From positions 139,996,001-140,060,000 of the forward strand of contig OZ024740.1 in the NCBI GenBank assembly GCA_964016885.1: a stretch of DNA of 64,000 nt. The letters are read 5' to 3'. The translations under genes and the position numbers were made by a program. The notes beneath the pieces are model-generated. The model saw nothing but the letters and a program-made list of their open reading frames with translations. It ran no database searches and was not told where the DNA came from. The stretch is from Eledone cirrhosa (taxonomy: Eukaryota). Below are positions 1 through 13,164 of the stretch, piece by piece. How positions within the stretch are numbered: position 1 is the stretch's first letter; every line of letters begins with the position of its first letter.

Positions 1-205
1 GCAGGCAAACGACAGCGTGTAGACTTGAAATAACAAAACACACGTGGACGCACGCTAGTGATGGCAGGATGAGACAAAAAGCTGTTTACAAGAAACAACA
101 GTCATAACATTCCGAAAAAAACTCAACAAAAATATGGAGTTCAGCATAAGCAATATTATCGCAGTTTTTTTAAACTAGGATTAGTCACAAATATTAAGTA
201 GCACA

Positions 206-396
<191 letters not shown>

Positions 397-3184
397 ATTT
401 CTTTTATTTGCCACTAGGGCATCAAAAGTGGGACAAGTACAAAGGGGGGAGTTTACACAAAAAGGCGTCCTCAATAAGGAGAAGGCAATAACAAAATATA
501 AAAATAAAATAAGATATAACAAAAAATAAAATTTTTAACAAAATCCTCAATAGAGAGGAGGCGCCTTGGGGGGTCGCACACACCCCCGAAAAAAGTGTGC
601 AACCCTTCTCCTCAGGAGCACAGAGAAGGGGTGCTCCCTTGGTCTTTCATCTTCCTCACCTATAGTCTGATGTAGAGTGAAGGCCCATTCACACGGGCCA
701 TTCTCGCCACTTTCACCCATCTTTCATAGAAACGGCTGGGGTGCAGCACCTCTCTCTCCATCCTGATCCTTCTTCCGAAATGATATCGGAAGAAACGGAC
801 CAGTTGTTGGCCAGAGAGAAAGGTGCCCGACCTCAGTCCTTTCAGACGCGTCCACCATACAACCTCTTTCGCCATGGCTATTACGCACAGAAACACCGCC
901 TCTGCTTCATCTTTGAAGGGGGGAGGTGGCTTGATCATTACAATAGACTCGGTGGTCAACCGGATCGGTCCCACCCTTGACAGCAGTTGTTCGACATAGC
1001 CCCACAGATCGGCTACGCCCGAGCAGTGTACTAATGCGTGTGCAACGGTTTCCTCGTCGCACACGCATCTGGGACAGATCTTTTTGGCGGGGTCCCTACC
1101 CGGGCGCCCGTGTCTGTAGAGCCTTTCTCGAACGGGTAAAGCCCCTCGGTAGCACTGCCAGGCCAGGGACTTCTGGAAGTTGTCCATAGGTCCCGGGCTG
1201 AATGTCCTACCGAACAGGCTGGCCAGTTCGTCCTCCTCCATGTCTAGGGCTTCTCCGAGGGCGTCGTCGCACCTGCTGCGTACCAGCCCTCTATAGAATG
1301 TTGCGGTGGAGTCTCCACTGATAACCGGATCCGCCTGCCAGAGGGCGGTGAGCGCCTGGGCACACTCAGTGTGCCAGGCGCCCAGTTTTCTCGGTCTTTG
1401 CTTGACCCAGGATTGCAGCTCGGTGAGTGAGACGAGTCTGGGAAAGGTTCGTCTCACAAACGAGGCCCACACCGGCTGTCCGGTGAGGAATACGTAGAGG
1501 TGCCGTAGCCTTAATGCGTGTTTACGCATCATTAGCCACGGCATCCCCAGCCCTCCTTTCGAAGGGTGTTGACAGCAGATGGATCTCCTCACCATAGGAG
1601 CCCGCCTCTTCCAAAGGAATTGGAAGAGCGCGCGCTCCATCTTGGTGAGGGTTTCCCTTGGGCAGGGCACTACGGTCAGGCGGTAGTAGATGACGGACGC
1701 TATGTAGGTGTTCGCCACCTCCGCCCGACCTTTCAGGGATAGTTTGCAACTGGCCCACTTCTGGGTCAGTGCAAACACCCTGTTCGTAACCTCCGCCCAG
1801 TTTTTCTCCACCTGGAGGTCCGGTCCGAACCAGACCCCGAGCAACTTCACCGGGCCCTCCGTCCAGCGTCCGACGACGCCATCGGAGGGCATCGGTCTGC
1901 CCCTCCACGTGCCGAGTTGCAAACCGATCGACTTGTCCCGGTTCAGCTTAGCCCCTGTGAACTTTTCGTACTCCTCCAGTAAGGTGCCGACCGCCTCGAT
2001 TTCGGAGGCCGTCGACACCATTACTGTCACGTCATCGGCGTAGGCCGACACCGCTTTCCGCAATCCCGGTTCCAAAGGGATACCCTGCAACAACTCCAAC
2101 TTCCGCAGTAGTGGCTCGAGAGTCAACACATACAGAAGGGAGGAGAGAGGGCACCCTTGTCGGATGGACCGCGCGATTTTGAACGGCTCCGAGAGGTAGC
2201 CGTTCACCTTGACCCTAGAGCAGATGCGGCTGCTGTGCATAGCAGTGATCCAGCCCCTGAAAACGGGTCCGAAGCCTGCCGCCGCTAGCACCGCATCCAG
2301 GTAACCATGGTCGACCCTATCGAACGCCTTAGATTGATCCAAGTTGATCAGAGCCCCACCAAAGCCGGGTTCGTTCCCAACCCTCTCTATGATGTATCGC
2401 ATGAGGTGGAGGTTGTCATGGATGGACCTGGACGGGATAGCGCATGTCTGCGCATCTCCCACCAGGTTGCCCACGACAAGCGCCAACCTCTTTGCTAGCA
2501 CCTTGGCCAAAATCTGTAACTCTGTATTTAGCAGAGTTATGGGCCTGAAGTTACTTATTTCGTCCCCCTTGTTCTCGTCCTTCCTCACTAGCGTGACTAC
2601 GCCCTTGGTCACAGTACAGGGAATTCTCCCGTTCTGTTGCCAGTTGCAGTAGACCGCCTCGAGGAGATCGGGGAACAAGTCCGGCATAGCTAGATATAAT
2701 TCGTAAGGAAGACCATCGAGACCCGGGGATTTGCGTTTGCCGCATTGGCCCAGCACGTCCTCTATCTCAGCGGCCGAAATCGGCTCCTCGCAAGACTTCG
2801 CCTCCCTGTCCGAGAGGCGCGGCAGGCCGTCGAGGTATGGACCGAAGTCCACGTTTCCAACCGGCTCCCCGCCCCTCCCGAACAGTCGGGCAAAGTGCCT
2901 TTGAAAGGCCTCACACATCTGCTTAGGCTCAAGAATCGCCCGTCCATCCAGGTCTCGCAAAGACCGGATGGTGGATTTAGTTCCACTGTTGGCCTCTGTC
3001 ACGCGGGCCCAGCTAACAGCTTTGGCCCCCTCGTTCCCTAGAGCACGTATTTTACTTCGGACAACGCAGCCTTCGTGCTTCGCGTCGAAAAACTGGCTCA
3101 AAGCCGTTCTCGACGCTAGCACTCTGGCCACGTCGCCGCTTCTAATTGCCTCTTCTACTCTATCTATTAGCTCCCTTTCCTTCC

Positions 3185-3186
<2 letters not shown>
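397..3186 (-). mobile_element. 5'-truncated Tx1-clade (L1 group) non-LTR retrotransposon inserted in a (GATA)n microsatellite
   Basis: Open RT ORF; 3' UTR ends ...TGCCCTAGTGGCAAATAAAAGAAAT on the - strand; (GATA)n on both sides (368-394, 3185-3233). Confidence 0.9.
660..3131 (-). CDS. Tx1-type ORF2 (RT plus C-terminal Cys/His zinc-binding domain), APE domain lost by 5' truncation
   Basis: Motifs KSPGLDGLPYE, FRPITLLN, LDQSKAFDRVDH, SIRQGCPLS, AYADD, CPRC..ETVAHALVHC; 823 codons uninterrupted. Confidence 0.9.
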   Translation of the reverse strand: MARVLASRTALSQFFDAKHEGCVVRSKIRALGNEGAKAVSWARVTEANSGTKSTIRSLRDLDGRAILEPKQMCEAFQRHFARLFGRGGEPVGNVDFGPYLDGLPRLSDREAKSCEEPISAAEIEDVLGQCGKRKSPGLDGLPYELYLAMPDLFPDLLEAVYCNWQQNGRIPCTVTKGVVTLVRKDENKGDEISNFRPITLLNTELQILAKVLAKRLALVVGNLVGDAQTCAIPSRSIHDNLHLMRYIIERVGNEPGFGGALINLDQSKAFDRVDHGYLDAVLAAAGFGPVFRGWITAMHSSRICSRVKVNGYLSEPFKIARSIRQGCPLSSLLYVLTLEPLLRKLELLQGIPLEPGLRKAVSAYADDVTVMVSTASEIEAVGTLLEEYEKFTGAKLNRDKSIGLQLGTWRGRPMPSDGVVGRWTEGPVKLLGVWFGPDLQVEKNWAEVTNRVFALTQKWASCKLSLKGRAEVANTYIASVIYYRLTVVPCPRETLTKMERALFQFLWKRRAPMVRRSICCQHPSKGGLGMPWLMMRKHALRLRHLYVFLTGQPVWASFVRRTFPRLVSLTELQSWVKQRPRKLGAWHTECAQALTALWQADPVISGDSTATFYRGLVRSRCDDALGEALDMEEDELASLFGRTFSPGPMDNFQKSLAWQCYRGALPVRERLYRHGRPGRDPAKKICPRCVCDEETVAHALVHCSGVADLWGYVEQLLSRVGPIRLTTESIVMIKPPPPFKDEAEAVFLCVIAMAKEVVWWTRLKGLRSGTFLSGQQLVRFFRYHFGRRIRMEREVLHPSRFYERWVKVARMARVNGPSLYIRL

Positions 3187-3234
<48 letters not shown>

Positions 3235-3685
3235 CGAATTACACACGTTCACACTCTCCCAATATATTTTTTTTTTATATGAAATACTTTTCAATATTTA
3301 CATCTAAACAATGTTAGTTTGTGTTCAAAACCAAATCATTTATTGTATTCAGATTCATAATATCTTAATACAATTGTTTACTCCTAGCCCATATTACATA
3401 ATGAATGATTCTATTATAATTTGATTGTAGTTTACATTTCTAAACTCCTTTTAATCGTGATGTCACCAAACTTTCGTACTGTTCTTCTGGATAGTGTGAG
3501 CTTTAAGGAGACTAGGACACGGCGGCGAATTGGCAGAGTAGTTAGAGTGTCGGATGAAATGCCTGTTGATATGTATTCTCGCTCTCTGCACTCTGTGTGC
3601 AAATCCATCCCATTCAGATCAACTTTTCTTTTCACAATTTCTGGGTCGATACAGAAAATACTGTTATAAGCAGAAATCCAGCCGT

Positions 3686-4000
3686 CTTCTTCTTCTTCTT
3701 CTTCTTCTTCTTCTTCTTCTTCTTCTTCTTCTTCTTCCACCTATTGCTGAGAGGGTCGTGAGGGCAGAGTCCTCAAACATTCCTTCCAGCGGGTCCTGTC
3801 AGAAGCAACCGTCTCCGGCTGGATCCCCAAGCGTGACCAGCCAAGCCCATGCATGTTATTCAACCATCTTGCTTGGAGTCTACCCCTGGGTCTCCTGCCG
3901 GTTGGTTTGGCCCATAAAATCTGTCCATCGATTCTTTCCTGAGATATTCTAACCACATGCCCATAGTATCAGAGCTGTGATCTCTCAATTTGTGGTAGAG
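3686..4000 (-). mobile_element. 3' end of an RTE-clade LINE with (GAA)n tail
   Basis: Translation IERSQL*YYGHVVRI...GRRPRGRLQARW...DRTRW is typical of the RTE C-terminus; followed by (GAA)n (TTC repeat 3686-3737 on +). Confidence 0.75.
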
Positions 4001-4311
4001 AATGAAAGAAATGCAAGTTTTATAGATTTGTATGTGTGTAATCCCGCCTTCTCTCGAAAAATGTAGACATGAGAGTAGTGGGACCTCTATCATTAAACAT
4101 CACCCTAATCAGTTCCTATGAGATGTACCCTTATAAGATTACTACGCAGATATGATCTCTAACCACAGAAAGAAGGCAATGTGCTAATTAAACCATTCGT
4201 TACCATATTTCTAATTAAATACAATGCCTATGATTTTCAAATATTTTTGAATTTAATCAAGAATTGCAAGAGTTTTAAAAATATAACTAACATTCTCATT
4301 ATTATGCGGTT

Positions 4312-4550
4312 ATTTACAGGTGGTCGGGCGCACCCGAGAGAGCGATTAGAGTAGAATCATTAGCATTTAGTCAAAATGTATCGTTAGGAAAAAATAGAAC
4401 GAGGGATGAGTTAGTAGCTAAATTAGAAGAGGCAATAGGGAGTGGCATTGCACCCAGCGAGAGTGGCACTGGGCCATTTCTTCAACGCGAAACACAAAGG
4501 TTGAATTGTCAGAGTTACGGCGCGTGCCCTAAGAAACGAATGAACGAAAT
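4312..4550 (+). mobile_element. Degraded internal fragment of Tx1 ORF2
   Basis: Aligns by eye with 50660-50910 (gaggcaatagggagtggcattgca...ccatttcttcaacgcgaaacac). Confidence 0.8.
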
Positions 4551-5161
4551 TTCAGCATCCTATCCGACCCTTTAACAATTCTGTCAATCCTAGCTTACTG
4601 AACATATTTATTTATCAAACCTGAAAGCATGAAATGCAAAGTTGTCTTCGGCAGAAGTCAGCAGAGCTGAAATAAATACCACTATGTCCAAGTTCCCTAA
4701 AGTCCACATTATTCAAAAGAAGAGCAATATAACAGTTTGGTGACACTCCGAAATACAGGACATAAAAAAACAATAGTTTATTTACCAACCCCCAAAAGGA
4801 TGAAAGGCAAAGTTGAACTTGGCGGGATTTCAACTAAAAAATTGTAGATCGGTGAAACAAACACCGATGTTCTAACGACTAATATGTAAACAAAGCTAGA
4901 ATTACACCTTGCAAGTAGTATTACACCAGATGAGTGCGTTCAGTGCTTTTGAATATGGTTGTATGTCTACATAAATTTCTCGTAAACTTAGAGATGAATT
5001 TTTAGGTCGGTTTCCTGGTAGAGAGGAGGCGTGTGTGGATTACAGGTTCAGTGGAAATTTTTTAGTCTAATGTATAATTCGTGCGTAAGTATTTGTTTAT
5101 GGTGTGTGCGTAAGTGCATGTGTACCGGTGTGTGTGTGTGCATATATTTTCATATAAACAA

Positions 5162-5207
<46 letters not shown>

Positions 5208-5266
5208 TTTATATCAGTTATATAAATATTATGCTTGTTGTATCCCAACAAATTAAATATAACCTC

Positions 5267-5354
<88 letters not shown>

Positions 5355-5823
5355 AACACACACATATATGTGTAAATACATATGATTATATACAAATGTG
5401 TGTCTGTTTCTGTATGTATAAATATGTATGTATACATAAATGATTGAATAAGTATATATATACATACATATGTGTGTTATATATACTCATTTATGTATAT
5501 ACATGCACCCAAGTATAAATATTTACTTAGATAAGTGTATTATATATATATACATTTATTAGAATGTAACCTAATATATGAAATATTTAAAAAAACATAT
5601 ATACGTGTGTATGTGCATATGTCTGCATATACATAATATGTGTGTGTGTGTGTGTGTCTACATATACATATGTGTGAGTGTATGTATACATTATATTTAA
5701 AATTAAGTGACACAGCGTGAAGTGATTAGCAATTTTTAGACAACTTAATCAATGAAACAATTGTTAATACTGTAACTAAAATCCTTTTTGTACTGTTGAC
5801 CATGTTATTCTTCACTCTTTCAC

Positions 5824-5856
<33 letters not shown>

Positions 5857-5869
5857 TTAAAATTCAAGA

Positions 5870-6170
5870 TTCAAGCCCTTCTCATTCCTGTTTAAGGAAC
5901 TCCTCTCTGGTTGACCTCTCTGCTTTCTATCTCTAGCCATACTGGGCCATGTGGGGGCTAGTGTGATGGATCAGATCATCGCACCATCTGGGGTTTGGCT
6001 GCCCTCTTGTTCTGGTGTTCACTCTGTCACTCTAATGATCCACCTGTTGTCTCTGAATCGAGAGTCATGGCCAGCCCATGTATGTTAGCCCTTCTTAATG
6101 GTCACGATTATGTCCTTCACTCCAGTCTGCTGTCGAGTCCAGGTGTTGCTTTTTTCTATCACGTACGGTG
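5870..6170 (-). mobile_element. Degraded RTE-clade LINE 3' fragment
   Basis: Translation ...QQTGVKDIIVTIKKG*HTWAGHDSRFRDNRWIIRVTE* resembles the RTE WAGH..R..DNRW motif. Confidence 0.7.
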
Positions 6171-6857
6171 ATGCCGAGCATGATTCGCTGCACTTCACGT
6201 TGGTCCATATATATATTAACTATTTCAATCATATCTTATTTTGTTTGACCCGTTTAGCTTGTTCGCCTTTTTGGCTCTGGTGGTTAATGGCTTCTTAACC
6301 ATCGTCTCAGTTTGTATGACCTTTTTAACTTATGTTTATAGCTCTGGTATCTTCATATCCATGGAGCGCTTGTCTACACAATACGGAATTTGCGTTTCGC
6401 TAATTTCTACCCGCCGAAATGCGATTCTCGCTAAATTTATATTTATATATATATATATATATAAGAATGTATACGTACATACATATATGTATACAGACGT
6501 ACAGTAGTATGTATATATATATACATACATGCACACATATATATATGTACGTATGGATTCACCGAACATTTATTATAATGCTCGGTGTGTTTGTAAACAA
6601 ACATCCCGAATTAAGCCGTACAGTGTCTAGCAACCATCGTTGCTCATTTGTTCAACACTGACAAATGAACGCCGTACTAGTTTCAAGCTTATTAGCTATC
6701 GTCAGCAACGTATACCTTCCTGCCAGATGGTTGAACGTCCGTAACAGCCGTACTAAGAATGAGAAATGAAATTTCGTTTCATTTTTTCCGTTTATATATA
6801 TATATATATATAATATTATGTATATATGTATGTATGTATACGCATGTGTATTACCTA

Positions 6858-7207
6858 TGTGAAGTGACTGTCTAACGCACCTCCTACACCATTTTGATGA
6901 CATTTTAAGAGCTTTGGGAGAGGGCTCCAACACTGATGTCATCTACCTTGATTTCAGCAAGGCCTTTGACAGGGTTGATCACAACGTTCTACTGAGAAAA
7001 CTATGCAACATTGGTGTCTCTGGAAAGTTGCTGCAATGGATCAAGTGTTTCCTCACAAACGGATCCTAACATGCTGTAGTCGAAGGAGTACAATCAAAGT
7101 CAATAGTGGCCTTCCACAAGGCACTGTGTTGTACCCACTTCTTTTCATTAGCTATATCAATGACATTACTGACGTCATCAAGCACAGCAACATAAGAATA
7201 TTTCGCT
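6858..7207 (+). pseudogene. CR1-group LINE reverse transcriptase fragment
   Basis: DVIYLDFSKAFDRVDH...GVSGKLLQWI...SGLPQGTVLYPLLFISYINDI; disrupted. Confidence 0.8.
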
Positions 7208-7336
7208 CTACATGGCTGAATACAATAAATGTAATCTGATCAGCCAGTCTGCTCATATGCAAATCAGGCCGATCAGTCACAGTGTATTTTTGAAAATATA
7301 TTTTCACTAGCTCTGACAGTTTGGCAGGTGAACAGT

Positions 7337-7386
7337 GAGCTGTACTGATGAAGGGTGATACCCAGAAACATTAGTGTTTGCAGTTC
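7337..7386 (+). ncRNA. Type I hammerhead ribozyme (predicted)
   Basis: Stem I GAGCTGTA/TGCAGTTC; core CTGATGA; stem II GGGT-GAT-ACCC closed by A.A; GAAA; stem III ACA-TTAG-TGT; GUU cleavage triplet. Confidence 0.7.
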
Positions 7387-7470
7387 TGTTCGCATGTCAA
7401 CACAAGAGCAAGAATGAAGTGTTCATTCTAATTGAGGCTGTTTGCAAAATTTCAAACGAATCGAATGTTA

Positions 7471-8370
7471 TCTATATATTAATTTCAACAATGTCAGTAT
7501 TCCGTGTGTCATAATTCTCGATTATCATTGGTTCATAGGTTTCAAACGACTCGGCCCACCTCAACGACGCCAAACTTAAATTAATATGCATAATGCCAAT
7601 GAGGGAGTGAGAGGGGAAAGTAAGAAACAGAGAGGCAAAGTGAACGCTGTAACTATTACCATGTGTGCGTGTGTATGAACGTGCGCGTATGTTTATGTGT
7701 GTGTGTGCGTACGCGTATGTTTGTGTGTGTGTGCGCGTTTGTTTCTGTGTGTGTGCGTGCGTGCAGCGTTCCACAGAAAGTAAAAGCAATTCGACTTTAT
7801 CAAACAGTGAACTACAGCGGCGACGGCGTGCCGCCAGGAATGAAGAAAAGCAGGCCGAACAGCGCCATCGGAACGCCGAACTTCAGAGGCGAAGACGTGC
7901 CGCCATGAATAAAGGGGAGCTGGCTGAACAACGCCAACGAAACACTGGAGCCAAGCAGCGACGGCGTGCTGCGATGGTTGAAGACGAACTGGCTGAGCAT
8001 CATCTTTTATATTAATCATCTATATCTATATCTACATATAATATAAAAGATTGGAACTTCCATCATCCTTTTGAGAAACGTGGAACAACCACGTCTATGC
8101 AATGATACACGTTTTACAGTCAGGCGGGAGATGAACCATCTCCTACAGGTCACTATTCTAGGTGGGAGCACCTAGAATTGTTCATATACTATGCACAAAC
8201 GGTACAACGAAGAATCTGGTATATCTTGAAGATTTTTTTTTTACTGTTTTTTGTATCACACAGACACCACGGACTCGCCTCATACTATAACCAGATAAAC
8301 ATCCAATACAGTCATTTTCTCTTTTACCTGTCTTCTCTTATCATCTGTTTACTCGGGCAACGTCAGCTAG
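7471..8370 (+). mobile_element. Non-autonomous Helitron, unit 1 of a head-to-tail dimer
   Basis: A|TCTATATA 5' end, CTAG 3' end, Arg-rich coding remnant. Confidence 0.75.
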
Positions 8371-9497
8371 TCTATATATTAATTTCAACAATGTCAGTAT
8401 TCCGTGTGTCATAATTCTCGATTATTATTGGTTCATAGGTTTCAAACGACTCGGCCCACCTCAACGACGCCAAACTTAAATTAATACGCATAATGCCAAT
8501 GAGGGATTGAGACGGGAGAGTAAGAAACAGAGAGGCAAAGTGAACGCTGTAACTATTACCATGTGTGCGTGTGTATGTACGTGTGCGTATGTTTATGTAT
8601 GTGTGCGTGCAGCGTTCCACAGAAAGTAAAAACTATCAACATGTGTGAGTGCGTAAGTGTATGTACGTGCACGGGTGCGTGTGTAAGTTTGCGTGCGTGT
8701 GCGCGTTTCCATGCGTGTAAGTGTGTGTAAGTGGGGCGTTCCACAATCGCCACACAGTTTATCTGTCTGTGTGCCTGTCTGTCAGTCTAACATACACAGA
8801 GTTGTGAAGGGAGTAAATAGGGACCTTTTTTTACATTGACGGACATCTTTTATATTTATTATTGTGTCATTTTTTGACAATTGCTCGAAATGAATACTGA
8901 TAATAAAAGCAATTCGACTTTATCAAACAGTGAACTACAGCGACGATGGCGTGCAGCCAGGAATGAAGAAAAACGGGCTGAACAGCGCCATCGGAACGCC
9001 GAACTTCAGAGGTGAAGACGTGCCGCCATGAATGAAGAGGAGCTGGCTGAACAACGCCAACGAAACACTGGAGCCAAGCAGCGATGGCGTGCGGCGATGG
9101 TTGAAGACGAATTGGCTGAGCATCATCTTTTATATTAATTATCTATATCTACATATAATATAAAAGATTAGAACTTCCATCATCCTTTTAAGAAACGTGG
9201 AAAAACCACGTCTATGAAATGATACATGTTTTACAGTCAGGCAGAAGGTGAACCATCTCCTAGAGGTCACTATTCTAGGTGGAAGCACCTAGAATTGTTC
9301 ATATACTATGCACAAACGGTACAACGAAGAATCTGGTATATCTTGAAGATTTTTTTTTTACTGGTTTCTGTATCACACAGACACCACGGACTCGCCTCAT
9401 ACTATAACCAGATAAACATCCAATACAGTCATTTTCTCTTTTACCTGTCTTCTCTTATTCATCTGTTTACCCGGGCGAATCTAGGTACGTCAGCTAG
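8371..9497 (+). mobile_element. Non-autonomous Helitron, unit 2 (about 230 bp longer internally)
   Basis: Near-identical to unit 1; junction CTAG|TCTATAT; ends CTAG|T; no TSD. Confidence 0.75.
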
Positions 9498-9510
9498 TTA
9501 TTAATATTCG

Positions 9511-10986
<1,476 letters not shown>

Positions 10987-11222
10987 CTTTTTTTTTATAC
11001 TTATTTTATTTTTATTTTATTTTATTTTATTTTATTAATACATTTTTACACTTCTTAATCCAATTTTTAGTATTTAAACCTAATATAAAATAATATACCC
11101 AGTTTCTATATTTAGACCTCTAATATTTGAATACCATCTATAATATTCGCACATACACCTCATCAATTTACTTTTTAACCGTTATCTACAGCTGTTTTCA
11201 TTTTGACAGCGTTCCTGATCAA

Positions 11223-11410
<188 letters not shown>

Positions 11411-11498
11411 TCTTTTTCTTACTATTATATTTTCTGTCATATGTTGGTTTTGCTCTTTACTGTTGACAAGTGTTTTTAGGCCTCATATCATGTTACCT

Positions 11499-11568
11499 TA
11501 TTTTATCTGATGAGAACACAATTGTTGTCCCAGGATATTGTTGTTTTCGAAATGCGCATAATAAAATA
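11499..11568 (+). ncRNA. Type I minimal hammerhead ribozyme (PLE-type, palindromic stem III; predicted)
   Basis: Stem I TATTTTAT/ATAAAATA; CTGATGA; long stem II GAACACAA.../...TTGTTTTC; GAAA-TGCGCA-TA. Confidence 0.75.
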
Positions 11569-11694
11569 TATGGAACTTCTTTAACCATCTTTTAATTTCT
11601 TCTTTAATATATACTCCAGTTCTACCAACTGTTGAGTGCTACTTATCTGATATATGCATAGTTTTATTGTTCTACAATATTACGCACCTTCTAC

Positions 11695-11880
<186 letters not shown>

Positions 11881-12172
11881 ATAATAATAAATTTGAAGAC
11901 TAAAATCCAAAGAGGGCTCGATAAGGATAAATATATATCAGATACATAAGAACCGTGGAGCAAATATTTATAAAATAAAATAACAGATTAAAGTTTAAGC
12001 AAAGAATCGGTGCTTCTTTGCTTAAACTTTAATCTGTTATTTTAATAAATATATATATATATATATATATAGTAATAATAATAAATTTGAAGACTAAAAT
12101 CCAAAGAGGGCTCGATAAGGATAAATATATATCAAATATATAAGAACCGTAGAGCAAATATTTATTAAAATA

Positions 12173-12248
12173 ACAGATTAAAGTTTAAGCAAAGAATCGT
12201 TGCTTTCACCCTTAACGGGATCTTCTGAAACTAACAAAGTCAATCTGT
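12173..12248 (-). ncRNA. Hammerhead-like ribozyme with variant core CAGAAGA in the 3' pLTR (sense to the ORF)
   Basis: Bulged stem I ACAGATTGA..AGTTT/AAACT.TTAATCTGT; stem II CCC-GTTAA-GGG; GAAA; stem III AGCAA/TTGCT; CUU site. Confidence 0.65.
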
Positions 12249-13164
12249 AAACGCAGAACTGGATATTTCAAAAAACGTTGCAACCGGAGGAAGACAGGAA
12301 GACGATACTTTGGTTCGTGGAAAGGTTCGCTGGCAAAGAACGGGGAAAAAACGAATATAATACGTCATTAATAGGAGCGATGAAAAACAATTACGCTCAA
12401 AGACAGAACCACGTTTATGGTATAAAAGAGGTCGTAGACTAATGTTGTCTTAGGTGGTGCATAGAGACGTTCTCTGGCAATGAACGAAAAAACGAAGATA
12501 ATACGTCATATGTGGAGCGTGGAGAACAATAGCACGCAAAGACAAAACCACGTAAATGGTATAGCAGAAGTCGTAGACTAAAATTCTAACAAGCAGACCA
12601 AATGAATCACCGCTACAGAGTTAAGAACAAAGTAAATAAAAACAATACAGAAGTAATAGAAATAAATAAATACATACACGCAAACAGATACGTACATACA
12701 CGAGCATACGCAAAAACTTACCATAGGTATACAAAACCCCGCACATATAAATATGTGTGTGTGTGTATGCGTGTATACAAATAAATAAATAATTATATAA
12801 ACGTATATAAATAAATAAATACGTATATAACAAGCGCACACACATACCTTCATATAAACACACGAATTTTCGGAGACATAAGTCAACCAAAACATGAAGT
12901 ACACATATACACACACCCGCTACACGTACGAACCAGCATACTCACACAGACGCAAAACTCCCGTATACACATAGCCAAACCATATGTACCAGAATATATA
13001 AAAAATTATACGCCATACCAATCAAATATACGTACGAGAAGGTATACGTACCTTCACAAAACATACGGGTAATATATACCTACCTATGCAAATAAGTAAA
13101 GGTATAAACAAAACATATACTTAGCTCCCACATCAAGACGTAAAATATCCACGTATAGATCGTA

